From contig NC_068984.1 in NCBI RefSeq assembly GCF_001194135.2, forward strand, positions 25,992,735-26,056,734: DNA of 64,000 nucleotides. Reading direction: 5' to 3'. This DNA comes from Octopus bimaculoides. Taxonomy: Eukaryota. Under the pieces are notes generated by a model. The model was not told where the DNA came from and searched no databases. It saw only the letters and a list, made by a program, of their open reading frames with translations. The position numbers were made by a program, and so were the translations under genes. Positions 25,701 through 38,100 of the stretch are shown in pieces; the stretch's first letter is position 1; every line of letters begins with the position of its first letter.

Positions 25701-28197
25701 CACCACAAGTAATCAAAATGGAAATAGCACTTCACTACACATTAAAAGGGTTGAGTAATGAGACTGTGTGGTGTTCATGCCTTTTTCAAACGCATAAACA
25801 GTTAGGAATAAAATCTCTACAACAGTGAATCGAAGCCTTTTCACAGTTTTGTCTCACCGTTCAATGGAACAAATATTACATAGATACAACATCAAATATT
25901 ATAAGCAATAAGATATAAGAACATTGTGAGGTTTATGAGTTTTTCTAATGATATTAACAATTTATTGATTGCAAGCAGGAAGCGAAGCAACATTAACATT
26001 TTACTATAGTCAATATAAAAGACAATAAAACAGTAAATATAAATTTCTCATTGCGGCTAAAACTTCTCTGATTTGTCAACGTCGTGTAACTAATCCCGAT
26101 ATATCGGTACGATGAACATCGAAAAGACTTTCGATTGCCTACGAAGCAAATCAACAGCAGCACCAAACCGTTTTCTCTTCGACAGATTTCTAGTCCTGTT
26201 CATAGCAGTATTAGATCTTTTTGCTTTATTTCTAGTTACACACGTCTTTGTCTATCTGTTCGTCTGTTTGTCAATCTCTTATTGTCTAATTGCTATTTTC
26301 TCTCTCCCTCTCTCTCTAAGCTTTGCACCAAATATTGCTAACTACACGTTGTTATTGCTAGACTCATCTTCCTTGAAAGTATTTTCTTTACGAAGTATCA
26401 ATGTCATACATTTTCTATTCCTGTCATCCGTATTACCCACATCAATAGCATCTATATGTTTATCTCTTCTACCTGATACTGAGACATAATAATAACAAAA
26501 TATTTTTATTAGTATTACATTTCATGCAATATTAAACTGTGGAATAGGAGGTAACTTCGTAGGTGTACAGTGTTCTGCTCCTTCCATTACTGAATAAACG
26601 GCTAGACCATCACACCAAGGTGACGTACTTCAGTTCGTAATAAAATGTTATTACTTCGGTACTCGATTTACACTAATTTTATCGAAGGATAGATAAAGGT
26701 TAAAGGCGACTTCTAAACGTAAAGAACAGTAACTAAACACTGGTTTAGGGGCCAGAGTTTGTCGATACTTGCAAAATTGATTACAGCGTGATTTGAACTG
26801 AGAATGTAAAGAACCAGTGTTATCACAATGTATTTTATCCGATGCTATAATGATTCTGCCAATTCACTGCACTTATAATGATTAAAACCGCATAATATTC
26901 TGTCCAATGCTCTAACTATACTTTCAGTACTCCAGAATATGATTCTAGAGATAAGCTGTTTTGTTGATGGTTTGGTTCGGACGCTGGAAAAACTAGGGTT
27001 AAAAGGAAAATATCTAGTTGAATTACATAAGATTAAGAGGAGTATTTAGGGATGAAGACATATTTGATCATTTGGATAGTAGTTTTAGTGGATAAATGCT
27101 TAAGCGATAAGTATTTTTCAAGCTGTTATAAAGCAGAATTGGTATTCTCAAAATGTAGCATATCTAAGTGAAAGCAGCACAAGAAAAGGCATTAACACGC
27201 ATATTTACGCATTCATGTGTATCATCATGTATGCACGTCTGTTGTTATATATAAATTACAACACACATACACACATGTATATATATATATATATATATNN
27301 NNNNNNNNNNNNNNNNNNNNNNNNNNNNNNNNNNNNNNNNNNNNNNNNNNNNNNNNNNNNNNNNNNNNNNNNNNNNNNNNNNNNNNNNNNNNNNNNNNNN
27401 NNNNNNNNNNNNNNNNNNNNNNNNNNNNNNNNNNNNNNNNNNNNNNNNNNNNNNNNNNNNNNNNNNNNNNNNNNNNNNNNNNNNNNNNNNNNNNNNNNNN
27501 NNNNNNNNNNNNNNNNNNNNNNNNNNNNNNNNNNNNNNNNNNNNNNNNNNNNNNNNNNNNNNNNNNNNNNNNNNNNNNNNNNNNNNNNNNNNNNNNNNNN
27601 NNNNNNNNNNNNNNNNNNNNNNNNNNNNNNNNNNNNNNNNNNNNNNNNNNNNNNNNNNNNNNNNNNNNNNNNNNNNNNNNNNNNNNNNNNNNNNNNNNNN
27701 NNNNNNNNNNNNNNNNNNNNNNNNNNNNNNNNNNNNNNNNNNNNNNNNNNNNNNNNNNNNNNNNNNNNNNNNNNNNNNNNNNNNNNNNNNNNNNNNNNNN
27801 NNNNNNNNNNNNNNNNNNNNNNNNNNNNNNNNNNNNNNNNNNNNNNNNNNNNNNNNNNNNNNNNNNNNNNNNNNNNNNNNNNNNNNNNNNNNNNNNNNNN
27901 NNNNNNNNNNNNNNNNNNNNNNNNNNNNNNNNNNNNNNNNNNNNNNNNNNNNNNNNNNNNNNNGAATCACTTCAGACTCTCTGGAAGTGAGGAAGTGATG
28001 TAGGTAGAACAAATGATTCACTTTCACATACACACGTGAAAATCCAAGTAGCTATTGAATGAATCATCTACTTTACGTAAATACAATACACCGAATGTAT
28101 TGAGTACTCTCCTAGTTTGCATGTATGTATGTATGTACAGTGCGAAACTGGTACTTATTTTTTATCGACGCGAAAAGGATGAAGACAAGTCGACTTC

Positions 28198-28233
<36 letters not shown>

Positions 28234-28270
28234 TATAATAATAATAATAATGATAATAATGATAATTTTT

Positions 28271-28470
28271 TCTCACAAGGGCAGCTTGAGGGCGGTGGGG
28301 ATGGGTCGATTACATCGACCCCAATGTTCAACTGGTACTTATTTTATCGAATCCGAAAGGAAGACAGGCAAAGTCGACCTCGGCGGAATTTGAACTCAGA
28401 ACGTAGTTATGGGCAAAATACCGCTAAGCATTTCGTCCAGCGCGCTAACGATTCTGCCAGCTCGCCGCTT
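28271..28470 (-). mobile_element. SINE family A, full length, abutting a U6 fragment
   Basis: Reverse complement begins AAGCGGCGAGCTGGCAGAATCGTTAGC; B-box GAGTTCAAATTCC; 3' end lies next to an (ATA)n tract. Confidence 0.92.
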
Positions 28471-28475
28471 TAAGG

Positions 28476-28545
28476 AAATATGGTACGCTTCACGAATTTG
28501 CGTGTCATCCTTGAGCAGGGGCCATACGGCAGTACATATTTAAAA
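28476..28545 (-). pseudogene. U6: U6 snRNA retro-pseudogene fragment with inverted 5' piece
   Basis: 28476-28525 is the reverse complement of U6 nt ~56-105 (ATGGCCCCTG.CAAGGATGACACGCAAATTCGTGAAGCGT.CCATATTT), 48/50 against the vertebrate U6 I recall. 28527-28545 on + (CGGCAGTACATATTTAAAA) matches U6 nt ~11-30 at 17/20. Confidence 0.92.
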
Positions 28546-28569
28546 AAGAAAAATAGTAATAAAAAAATA

Positions 28570-29455
28570 ATAAAAGTAACACCGACTGGCAAGGCAACAT
28601 GGGCAGATTAAGAAACTGCACTCAATCTCAAAGGAGGCATATAAATACAGACAAGAGCTTAACCTCTCTGATTATGATGATGATAAGGAAGACACACCAC
28701 CCACTACGGTAGCAAAAAAAGTGTAAAACAAAAGCCAAACAAGAAAGCTTGAAAGTAATATCGAGACTGTGGCAAGAAAAACCATTGCATGGGCAATATG
28801 GAGGCTGATGTAGATATGAGAAGAACTCATCAGTGGCTGCAGAGTGCTAGTTTGAAAACCGAAACAGAAGGAGTTATCCTAGCGGCACAAGATCAGAGTA
28901 TCCTCACTCGGAACTATCAAGCTAATGTCAAACCCAATGAGGTAGACACAAAGTGTAGACTCTACAATGACAGATTCGAGAGTATTGATCACATTGTTGC
29001 CGGTTGCTCAGTCCTGATCCCTACAGAATATATATAACCAAGCATGATTGAGTTGGCCAATACTTGCACTGGAGTGTGTGTTGTCACTATGATATACTGC
29101 ACCCGAAGAACTGGTATGAACATTGTCCAAAGCCAGTCACTGAGGGAGAGAATGTTACCATCCTATGGGATTATGGGATATAAACAAACAGGCAAATAAA
29201 TGATAACAGACCAGACATCATCATCAAAGACCTAAGACAAAAGCATGCCTGTTAATTGATATGAGAGTGCCTGCTGGTAGAAACAACTCAGCAAAGGAAT
29301 TTTAAAACCTATCAAAATATAAGGACCTTGAGATTGAGATATCTAGGACGTGGAAATTAAAAGCTAAAACCATCCCTGTTGTAGGTGCCCTAGGAATGAT
29401 CAAGAAAGGTAGTGACAAATCTTTTGACTAGACCCCTGGGAAATCAACAATTGAT
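28570..29455 (+). mobile_element. R4/Dong-like non-LTR retrotransposon fragment (zinc knuckle plus restriction-like endonuclease), decayed
   Basis: Peptides WQEKPLHGQY, ETEGVILAAQDQ, CRL...ESIDHIVAGC, YLHW, WYEH.P, ILWD, RPDIII, IDMRVP, KYKDLEIEI and VGALG, with frameshifts. Confidence 0.9.
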
Positions 29456-29526
29456 ATAAACGTATATATTTATATATATTTGTGTGTGTGTGTATGTGTA
29501 TGTGTGTACCTACGTGTATATATATA

Positions 29527-29790
29527 AAGGATAAAACCCTTTCCCGAGTCATATAGACTTACAAAGTCAGTTTCTCCGGTTTCTGTGGCGTATATAAATA
29601 ATCTTGCCTGGACGGGACCCCGGTCTGTCGCAAGATTACTCATTTTTTACCAGCTGAGGAGGGGTGGCTGGAGAATCGTAAGATTACTCACGAGTGAACT
29701 GGGGAATCGTGAAATAAAAGTTCTTTGCTTAAGATTACAACGCATCGCTCAGTCCAGTAACCGAAATCACAATCTTACTAATGATGAGTG
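29527..29790 (-). mobile_element. SINE family C, degraded
   Basis: CCTGGACGGGAC..GTCTGTCGCAAGATTACTCATTTTTTACCAGCTGAG..GAACTGG..CGTGAAAT blocks. Confidence 0.65.
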
Positions 29791-30064
29791 CAAACCCTAA
29801 AAATGGCGAAACATCGATGTCCATTGCCATTGAAGGTGAGTTATCTCGCCTGTCCATGACTCTGAGGTGTTTTCACACTCGGCGCGTTGAGAGAGTTTAT
29901 ACTCCACTGTACCAATAACAGCCAACCGGAAAATACAAGATGCATATACGTTATGTGGTTATTGATATATATATATATATATATATAGATTCAAGGCTTG
30001 AATATGGTACTTATGCGAAGGCACCCGAATATCGCATCCCAAAAGGATGGGTGATTAAAATCAA

Positions 30065-30316
30065 ACAATAAGCAACACGGATTTCAAAAGTGATTGCAGT
30101 ACGCACGTTTCATGCTACTTCAATTTTATGTATGCTCTCTCCCACTTGGATTTAATATGTTGCCACATTTATAATATGTCTTTTTTCTGCATTTTTCGTG
30201 CAGCTGAAGATTGCTCTTCATATTGCATTTAAGGTAATGCTCACATTACTTAAATAATTGAAGTAGCATGAAACGTGCGTACTGCAATCACTTTTGAAAT
30301 CCGTGTTGCTTATTGT
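30065..30316. repeat. Perfect 61-bp inverted repeat (30065-30125 / 30256-30316), right arm cut by an N-gap
   Basis: ACAATAAGCAACACGGATTTCAAAAGTGATTGCAGTACGCACGTTTCATGCTACTTCAATT and its exact reverse complement, 130-bp spacer. Confidence 0.97.
30199..30286 (+). ncRNA. Candidate type I hammerhead ribozyme (PLE/retrozyme type)
   Basis: Helix I TGCAG (30199-203) / CTGCA (30282-86); core CTGAAGA (30204-10); ~24-bp bulged helix II with CTCA loop; GAAA (30270-73); helix III ACGTGCGT; cleavage triplet GTA, cut after 30281. The base pair closing helix II is a U.U mismatch. Confidence 0.7.
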
Positions 30317-30597
30317 NNNNNNNNNNNNATACATATATATCTGTGTGTGTGTATATTTATATCTATGCATGTATATACGTACATACATAGATAACACACA
30401 CGCAGGCGTCTATAAACACACATATGCATACTCGCGATCTCGCCGTACCGAGAAACTCTGAGTAAGGATAGGGTAGATCATCAACTGCGACCATGTAAAT
30501 AAACTCTTCTGCCATGTGTTGAGTATTTTTCCAACCACTTGTGTATTCTTAGGTGTAATGAATACAGATACGGATACACAAAAACATGCTACGCTCG

Positions 30598-30641
<44 letters not shown>

Positions 30642-31795
30642 GCATATATGTATATATATAATGTATACAGACACATGCTGTATGCTATGTACGTATACAT
30701 ATATTTGTAGCATGTGTGTGTGTGTGAATGCGTGTGTGAGTGTATGTACTCACACGCATGCATCCTTTCTCCATACATTCTTACATACGAATTGGGGGAA
30801 CTGACTCGGTTAGCTTTCCCCTAAGGGATTCAGCAAGACAGATTTTTACCGAACATGGGGTCAGCTGGGACGGAGACTTTCTATGGAGGGTTTTCTGGCG
30901 GCGTAAAATAAATTGTTTCAGTAAAACAAAACAATTTTGGCTCCTTCACTTCTGATCGCGATGACGTGTGTTCCGGTCAGTGTGAGTACATATCTTTCAT
31001 ATGAAGCTATGTTGTTGTTGGTGCTTTTTGTCATTTAGCCCCAGAGCACAGTTATTCGAGTAGGCCTACGATTACAAAAAACATTCCAGGCATACACACA
31101 CACACAAACACACACGCGCGCGCGCGCGCGCATATATATATATTTATATAAAATTAAAGAAGAATTTATACTTATAATAATCCCATATATATCGAAGAGA
31201 TATTCTCTATGAGGATAAGATATCCTTGCATNNNNNNNNNNNNNNNNNNNNNNNNNNNNNNNNNNNNNNNNNNNNNNNNNNNNNNNNNNNNNNNNNNNNN
31301 NNNNNNNNNNNNNNNNNNNNNNNNNNNNNNNNNNNNNNNNNNNNNNNNNNNNNNNNNNNNNNNNNNNNNNNNNNNNNNNNNNNNNNNNNNNNNNNNNNNN
31401 NNNNNNNNNNNNNNNNNNNNNNNNNNNNNNNNNNNNNNNNNNNNNNNNNNNNNNNNNNNNNNNNNNNNNNNNNNNNNNNNNNNNNNNNNNNNNNNNNNNN
31501 NNNNNNNNNNNNNNNNNNNNNNNNNNNNNNNNNNNNNNNNNNNNNNNNNNNNNNNNNNNNNNNNNNNNNNNNNNNNNNNNNNNNNNNNNNNNNNNNNNNN
31601 NNNNNNNNNNNNNNNNNNNNNNNNNNNNNNNNNNNNNNNNNNNNNNNNNNNNNNNNNNNNNNNNNNNNNNNNNNNNNNNNNNNNNNNNNNNNNNNNNNNN
31701 NNNNNNNNNNNNNNNNNNNNNNNNNNNNNNNNNNNNNNNNNNNNNNNNNCGCGCGCGCGCGCGCATATATATATATTTATATATATACACATATA

Positions 31796-32890
31796 TATTG
31801 GGTTGGTAAAAAATGGTCCTAGCAATTTTTTGAAGTAAAATTCATTAACAATATTTAGATAATTGTACATACTTTTACTCAACCACATATTTCCCATTTT
31901 GTTCCACTACCTTATGCCATCTTTGAGGCAGCTTCTTGGTCTCATCCTCCCAGAAACTTGGCATCTGCCTTGGTTATGAACTGGTCTATGTAGTTTTTAC
32001 ACTCGTTTAAAGAAACGAAGTTCTCATTAAGAGAATTTTTGCAGGGATCAGATTGAATGATAATCCGAAGGTGTACGTGAGTACCCCAGATGAGTACGAT
32101 GGGTGGGGTTTGACATTCCACCCAGGCTACACCAATTTCTGTCTGGTCTTCAAAGAAACGTGCGGTCTAGCGTTGTCCTGATGTAAGACAATACTCTTTC
32201 GGTTGGCCAATTTTGGACGTTTTTCATCAATTGCCTCCTTTCATCGGTCTAATTGGGAATGATAACAGTTTGAATTTAACGTCTGATTTTGTGGAGGTAG
32301 CTCATAATACATAATGCTCTTCCAATCCCACTAAATACAGCGCATCACCTTCTTCGGATACAGACTGGCTTTTGGAGAGATTGAAGGCGGTTCATTTCGT
32401 TTTTCCCAGGACCTTTTTTGTTTTATGTTATAAACAATCCATTTCTCATCACACGTGATCATTCTTTTCAGAAATTGATCATTTTTGTTTCGTCTGAGCA
32501 GACAATCGCAGAAGGAAATGCGTCCTATTAAGTTTTTCCGTTAAGTTATGAGGCATCCAAACATCATAGCGATTCACGTAACCAATTATTTTTAAATGCT
32601 TTATAATGCTCACATGAGATACGCGGAGAATGTCCGCGATATCTCACGTAGTGTGAGATGGATTATTTTTTATTAAAGTTTCGATTTGTTCATTATCAAC
32701 GACTATAGCTCTGCCAGAACGTTCACAATCTTCCCGGTCAAAATTTTCGGTTCTAAACCCAGCGAACCTCTTACAAACAGTATTTTCAGCTATGACACCA
32801 TCTTTGCTATTTGTCCAGCGTTTTTCTCTTTTCGGAAATAAAAGAGCATTAAATGACGAAAATGAATTTCATTTTCCTTCATTTTCAATT
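31796..32890 (-). mobile_element. Mariner DNA transposon, near-complete transposase pseudogene
   Basis: MKENEIHFRHLMLFYFRK, WMPHNL, ITCDEKW, HQDNARPHVS and HPSYS motifs with stops. One TIR-like end TATTGGGTTGGTAAAAAAT at 31796; the other TIR was not found. Confidence 0.93.
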
Positions 32891-33405
32891 AAATTGGAGA
32901 AACAGGAAATGAAGAGCCTTACTCAAGAATACAACGCGCTGCTCCGCCCAGGAACTAAATCTATGACCATATGATTGTGAGCTTGTGTGTGNNNNNNNNN
33001 NNNNNNNNNNNNNNNNNNNNNNNNNNNNNNNNNNNNNNNNNNNNNNNNNNNNNNNNNNNNNNNNNNNNNNNNNNNNNNNNNNNNNNNNNNNNNNNNNNNN
33101 NNNNNNNNNNNNNNNNNNNNNNNNNNNNNNNNNNNNNNNNNNNNNNNNNNNNNNNNNNNNNNNNNNNNNNNNNNNNNNNNNNNNNNNNNNNNNNNNNNNN
33201 NNNNNNNNNNNNNNNNNNNNNNNNNNNNNNNNNNNNNNNNNNNNNNNNNNNNNNNNNNNNNNNNNNNNNNNNNNNNNNNNNNNNNNNNNNNNNNNNNNNN
33301 NNNNNNNNNNNNNNNNNNNNNNNNNNNNNCATATTCATACACTAACATGCTCACACATATATATGCATATACACACATACACACCTGTGTCTGTCTGTAT
33401 ACATA

Positions 33406-33446
<41 letters not shown>

Positions 33447-33471
33447 GCACACACACACACACACACACATA

Positions 33472-33645
33472 TATTCTTTTATTCGTTTCAGTAATGTGAA
33501 CGCGGCCATGCAGGAGAACCACCTTTTAGTAGAACAAATCGAACCCAGGACCTATTTCTTTAAGAGTGGTACTTATTCTATCGGTCTGTTTTGCCCAACT
33601 GCAAGTTTACGGGGACATAAACACACCAACACCGGTTATCAAGCG
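33472..33645 (-). mobile_element. SINE family B, 3' part
   Basis: Homologous to 35811-36000. Confidence 0.8.
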
Positions 33646-35042
33646 ACGACGACGACGATGACGACGACGATTGATAGATAGATAAGAAGTAGGTAGATAG
33701 ACAAGTACCTTGATATATAGATTTATAGATAGAAAGGAAAATAGACCGATTGATAGGTAGAGAGATAAATAGATAGATATCTATTTATATCTGTTTAGCT
33801 ATCTAGCTAAGGACAGAAAAAAGAGAAACAAATAAAAAATCGAGGGAAGTCTCGAGAGATGGTTGGAAGAAATATACGAAAAAAAAAAGACAGACAGAAA
33901 GGGAAAGAGAGAAAGGGTGAGGGAGAGGGAAAGGGAGAAAGAGTGAGTGAAAGAGAGAGAGAGAGAGAGGGGGGAGGAAGTGAGAGGAGAAACAGGGATG
34001 ATGCGTGTTTATGTATATGTTCACATCATGTATGTGCTTGTGTGTTTGCATGCGTCAGTGATGGCTTTCCCTTACCTAAAACTTGTGTTTATTCTACGAA
34101 TACAAGCGTCCGAAATATTTACTGAAGACTGACCAAATAACAACCCTCTGTTTACAAGACTAACACAGATTTCGTACTCTACCCGCCCACGCTATTTCCA
34201 TTCGGATGCTTTGTCTTTTGTTTTGTTTGAGGCTTTTTTTTTTCCAGTTGCCTTATTTGCGTTTGTTTATTGTGGCATTAACGATCTTTGCCAACTTAAA
34301 ATAATGTTGTTGTAATTGAGAATAAAATTAACTATTTAATGGTCTAATGATTTTTCTTGTTTTTTCTCGCTGTTTTCCTTAGGGTGGATCAGAGGCGTGC
34401 TAAGCTGAGAGGGAGGACTGCAACAATAGCCACAGAAGCATCAATGGCGCCAAAGAAAAGCGGTTGCTAAGGACGGCGAAGGCAGCGCAGACGGCTAGAC
34501 TCAGACACACACACACACACAGTTCATGGGAAGCATATATCCGGCCAGACCAAAGTTAGTCGTTCACAAGGGGTTTCGAGGGTGTTATTGAGTGGCACAT
34601 GAACACTGAACAGAAAGAAATAATAGAGCTCAAAGGTAGATAATTAGACGCAAGAACTGCTTCACTCAAATTGACAGCATTAGCCACGTACTAACATTGA
34701 ACACCCATTCTAAAATGTACATCCACAATCGGCTTTGATTAAAAGAGGCGTAATGGTGTACAGCGGTTTCTATATTAATATCTGATAACTAAAATAAAAA
34801 TTCAAAAAGTGACATGATAATGTTAGTCTTTGAAGGACACATACTAAGGTTTAAATATGCAACTTCTAATTGAAAAGTTAGTTTTTCAGCTGTTTACTTG
34901 GGCTTAAATTGTGAAAATGTAAAGAAGATCTAACGCTACAAATTATGTTGTTTATCCTCAGTTCTGCTTTGTTGTTGCATATCTGTGATTAAAGAGACAC
35001 TTGTATATGCACCAAGGTACATACACACACACACGCACCACG

Positions 35043-35118
<76 letters not shown>

Positions 35119-35810
35119 AACTCTCTTTTTTTTCTCTGTCTTCTTTCTGTGTGACACACATTCACACTCTAATTCATAAAAATTCATAAACATAGTACTG
35201 CATGTAAGCCACTATTGTCGTCAAATTGTACCACTATGCTGTACTATAAAGTATACTCATGTCTATAAACAACAAATGTGATACGAATTAATGAAATCTA
35301 ACTCTCTAGTTACGATTTAACAATAAAAAATGCAAACATCGCAAAGGGGATATCAGGTGAATTTGCCTGTTGTATGGAGGCATTAGAATATATTAAATTG
35401 GAAAGTCTTGCTGTATTTCAAGATGAGAAAGAAACTTGCTTCTTTGGTCTTAATTGATATATTTAATCAAAATAATCTTCCCGAATAATATTGATAACAC
35501 AAACCCATCTATTTGGCAAATTGTTGATGCTACGGACGTAAAATTCTTTAATTTTACGCCCGAAGGGTTTTCGAAGCAAAGAAACATTGGATATAATTTT
35601 TAATCTCTTCACAAATAATAAACCGTTTTCCTTCTAAATAATGTGTCAATTATCTGAAAAGTCGATAGTCATATGGCGAAAGTCAAGAGAGTAAGGAGGA
35701 TGAGGTAAAACTTCCATATTTAGTGTCATAATCTGTTCCTGAGTGACTCTGGCAAAATGCGATTTTGTATTAGCGTGGAAGAGCAACACCCTTTTACGAT
35801 TGACTAATGA

Positions 35811-36237
35811 TACTCTTTTACTCTTTTTCTCTTTTACTTGTTTCAGTCATTTGACTGTGGCCATGCTGGAGCACCGCCTTTAGTCGAGCAAATCGACCGC
35901 TGGACTTATTCTTTGTAAGCCTAGTACTTATTCTATCAGTCTCTTTTGCCGAACCGCTAAGTTACGGGGACGTAAACACACCACCATCGGTTGTCAAGTG
36001 ATGTTGGGGGGACAAACACAGACACACAAACATATACACACACATACATATATATACGTATATATGCATATATACGACGGGCTTCTTTCAGTTTCCGTCT
36101 ACCAAATCCACTCACAAGGCTTTGGTCGGCCCGAGGCTATAGTAGAAGACACTTGCCCAAGGTGCCACGCAGTGGGACTGAACCCGGAACCATGTGGTTT
36201 ATAAGCAAGTTACTTACCACACAACCACTCCTACGCC
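35811..36237 (-). mobile_element. tRNA-derived SINE family B, full length
   Basis: Head GGCGTAGGAGTGGTTGTGTGGTAAG..GGTTCCGGGTTCAGTCCC, internal TA/TG tract, tail GACTGAAACAAGTAAAAG..AGAGTAAAAGAGTA. Confidence 0.93.
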
Positions 36238-37159
36238 TATAATGGGTACTTTTCCTGCAAATTTTTCTGCTGGGCTTCTAATTGACGACAATACTTCTAC
36301 GCATTAATTGTTTCGTTTTGGTTTGGCACTTCGTGATATACGACACCGTTCATATCCCATCAAACATAGATTACAACATTTTCGGGTGTAGTCCTAGTTT
36401 GGGAATGGATTCTCCTTTTTCATTGGGGGTTAATCATTGTCATTTTCGTTGGAAATGCTTTTCCTCTTTTGTGATAATTCGGTAGCAAGTCTACTCTCCA
36501 ATTACAAGCAGAGAGCAAGACTTTGATTAAACTGAGAAGCAGTCAGATGATGATAGCCCCATTGACCCAGTTTAGACACTTTTTCTGTTCATGAAGGTTA
36601 TTAATGATCGAAGCGTGACTTGAATTGAACTGTTTTGTAGATTTTCCTGGTCGTCCAGGTCATGGGAAATCTGCGAGAGAAAAATTTCCGAAACTGGCCA
36701 TACCATCATTGGCATGTCCGGTTCGGGCACGTAAAGCTTCATTTCTATAGATAGAACGAATATTTATTGCCGTCTCCATTGCAGAAGAGCTCCTTTTGAA
36801 TTCATACGGCATGCATTGAGATGGGTCTGATCTAAATTCATTTTAAAAGGGTAAAATCGATATGAATTCAACCGCTAAGGTTATAAAATAATCTGAAAAA
36901 AAAAAAAGAAAAAACTGCAAAGAAGCACAGGGGTAGATGTAACCGACTAACCCTTCTACCCTAAATTTCGGGTCTTTTGACTTTAGTAGAAAGAATTATT
37001 GCTTAGTCGTTTCGAACGGATTAAATCAATCAACAGCGGTAACTTGATCGACAACAAAAGCTAATTGATACAGCAGTATAATTGGTTTCTTTACAAAGTT
37101 CGCGTTTCATTTTCTATTCTATTCTATTATTCAGGTTTGTATTATGGATATGTATATGC

Positions 37160-37416
37160 ACGTGAATGTATATACGCATGTATGTATGTATGTATGTATG
37201 TATGTATGTATGTATGTATGTATGTATGTATGTATGTATGTACGTACGTACGTTTGTATGTATGTACGTATGTATGTATGTATATACGCATGTATGTATG
37301 TATGTATGTATGTATGTATGTATGTATGTATGTACGTATGTATGTACGTACGTACGTTTGTATGTATGTATGTACGTATGTATGTATGTATATACGCATG
37401 TATGTATGTATGTATG

Positions 37417-37447
<31 letters not shown>

Positions 37448-37575
37448 GTATGTATGTAAGTATGTACGTACGTACGTACGTTTGCATGTATGTATGTATG
37501 TATGTATGTATGTATGTATATACGCATGTATGTATGTATGTATGTATGTATGTATATATATACGCATGTATGTAT
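37160..37575. repeat. (TATG)n array with higher-order periodicity
   Basis: Variant TATACGCATG recurs at 37171, 37283, 37391, 37519 and 37559. Confidence 0.9.
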
Positions 37576-37949
37576 TGTAAATATCATCAATGTATATAGA
37601 TACACATGCATGTACATATACATAGTTATGTATATATATATATATATATATGCACGCCCTTGATATAAGGGCGTGAATGTATACGTATATACTTATATAT
37701 TACGTGGGAAAACAAAAGGAAGTATATGAACCGATTGAATTTGGGATGGATTCTTAAAGGTATATATAAACTATAACGGTATATTTATTGAGCTCACAAT
37801 GACTGATAACCAACCACTCGACTGACAATAATTTGAATATGAGCTTGGTCATTTTTGGGGAAAAGTAAACGTCTTTTCAGAGCACTCTGGAAACACTCAA
37901 TATTGGACATATAGGCGGTGAACAAGACAGAATATAAATCAAGGAGAGA

Positions 37950-38100
37950 GCTTCTACGTGGCTGTTCGATGAGCTAGAAATAACATGCAAACTATACTGA
38001 AATCCTACAGAACCGTCCTGGAAAACTTGGAAGGAAGGAGACATTGGACAAAGAAATTCGAGAGGTACGAAAAGACGGGAGAGCCATGATTGTAACGTCT
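37950..38100 (+). mobile_element. Interspersed repeat family E, degraded
   Basis: CTACGTGGCTGTTCGATGAGCTAGAAATAAC..ACCGTC..GGAGACATTGGA blocks. Confidence 0.55.

Noticed and set aside
32614-32646. 12-bp hairpin GAGATA-CGCGGA / TCCGCG-A-TATCTC
   Set aside because: It lies inside mariner coding sequence, with no reason to infer a separate function.
37065-37623. Repetitive 120-170 aa ORFs (YVCM / HTYI)
   Set aside because: Translations of the (TATG)n array.
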